From NCBI GenBank assembly GCA_003344405.1, contig NOWV01000233.1, positions 62,001 to 101,199 on the forward strand: a stretch of DNA of 39,199 bases. The letters are read 5' to 3'. Position 1 is the first letter of the stretch. Each line of letters starts with the position of its first letter. This DNA comes from Trichoplax sp. H2 (Eukaryota). The notes under the pieces were generated by a model. The model was not told the DNA's origin. It did no database searches and saw only the letters and a list, made by a program, of their open reading frames with translations. Both the position numbers and the translations under genes were made by a program. Shown here in pieces: positions 37,613 through 39,199 of this stretch.

Positions 37613-37746
37613 CAAATTTAGCCTTAATCAATAACTATAGCGCCAGTGATGTTCATCGTCATCATTGGCGAAATTTTCTTCTACATTAAGGTTTTATCAT
37701 TGAAGATTTCGGTAATCAAAGTTGGGAAACCAATAAACGAAATTAC

Positions 37747-39199
37747 CTGAATTCCAACCTTTCATGTCTGCTAATTTATTCTTGGCACGGCATTTAGTGT
37801 TGGCGCATTTGATTATTTGCGCTACAGAATTACTAGGCCAAGGTATTAATTGATCACATTTTAGGCAGGGAAAAAAATATTCGCAGTCAATTTCTTGTTG
37901 CTCAGGGTGAGCATCTTTCACAATTTTCGATAACAGTGTTTTAAAATGAATGCATAATTGATCATTGCTTGGCAATTCTGAAATTTCCTCCGTTGCAATC
38001 TGGTCATTTTCTTTCGATTCATCTATACCTTCATAGTAATACTGAATTCTAATGTGTGATCCACTCTTTTCTACTATAATATCATAATTCTGTTTTGACG
38101 AGTACTTCGCTCTATGATAATGTAATTCAACATCCAATTCTGATTGGCATGATAATAAAAACTGGTGAAAGATGTGATCAGTAATACATAGACGTGAATT
38201 TTTATCGAAACCTAGATAAAGCCAAGACGACTTAAATTCGTATCCAAATTCGCTGCCGGTTACTGTCTGACGTGACGATAACAAGTTCGGAAAAAAATAC
38301 TGTTCTTTCGTTCCAGCTTTAATTTTCTCCAGATTTCTAGAAGATTTGTAAATTAAACGATTTCGTTCCATCACTTGTAGCAGAGTATGGACACCTTCTT
38401 CTACGAATGCTTTTTGACGCATTGCACACTTTACAGAGGCTTTAGTAACAATTCCATAGTCCTTAGCCCATCTGCAATATTCTCTACTCTGGACATTGCT
38501 GGCAAGATGACGTTGCTTATAATTATCGACCAACGTAGAAATTCTGCGAAAATTATCGTAAAGCCAATTTATTTGTGTAACTATTAGACTATCTGCCTCA
38601 CTGTGTTCACTAAATAATATTTCCCCCATTTCGTGTAAAAATTTCAGAACGTTTATAACCTCATCAGACTTCATTCGATTTCCAGTTTTAGCATAAACTT
38701 GCTCTAATGTCTGAATATATTGCATACCAGTAGGACTATATCCATCTAGAGTATGGCCAACAGTCATATCAGGTACCGGTATAGGATTACGAAGTAGTTC
38801 CGCCATTAAATACCACTTAAGTTTAATTTTCCGTTTGAAGAATGGAATTTCTAGGAGATATTTTTGGATTTCTTCGCATAATTCGTCCCAGCTACTACGA
38901 TAGTCCGTCTCCTCCAAATCCTTACTCTGATTTCCACCAACTGTATTGATTATTATTTGCGAAGAAAGAAAGTGTGATTTATACTGTGGCATTTTCATGT
39001 CCAATTTTTCCATAAAGTCACTTCGTCTAATCGATTGCGCTTCTTCTGTTAATTTATCATTACTATTAAAGGCAACAAATAGAATGATTGGTAAAGGAAT
39101 TTCGCCTTCTTGACTATCGCGGTCCAGATTTAACTGATTTTCTTTCGTATTCCAATCAACAGCATTAATCATCCATTCCTGGAATGAAGTTATATAATC
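37747..39199 (-). CDS. Gene C Roc-COR exon, 5'-partial (continues beyond the window)
   Basis: ORF 37697..39172 is open to the window edge and is a close paralog of 14062-15516. CLKC...CANTKC; donor TCAG|GTAATT at 37747. Confidence 0.85.

Noticed and set aside
186..39172. Long ORFs as an intronless or bacterial TPR + NTPase defence operon
   Set aside because: The ORFs are kilobases apart, bounded by GT-AG sites at paralogous positions, and joined by small exons.

Overview
AT-rich, intron-containing eukaryotic (animal) genomic DNA, most reminiscent of a placozoan such as Trichoplax (inference, not verified). Nearly all coding sequence is on the minus strand. The long ORFs in the track are not separate genes but large exons of a tandem array of three ROCO-family paralogs with the architecture TPR repeats - basic low-complexity linker exons - degenerate Roc GTPase/COR with a C-terminal Cys4 motif - linker - CARD-like death fold. 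Gene A (7197 to <257) runs off the left edge and has a +1 frameshift in its TPR exon. Gene B (about 26356 or 21355 to 9867) is complete, possibly with two TPR exons. Gene C (>39199 to 34664) lacks its 5' part in this window. Every intron I reconstructed in these genes is phase 1. The Roc G1/G3 motifs are degenerate, suggesting pseudo-GTPases. Gene B is a visible recombinant (C-type Roc-COR, A-type downstream intron) with an in-frame chimeric half-CARD exon. The window also holds a decayed cathepsin-D/pepsin-like pseudogene (27756-28399), several solo LTRs (two with exact TSDs and empty paralogous sites in the window), a MITE nested in an LTR, and small tandem repeats. All gene models were read by eye and need RNA-seq confirmation.
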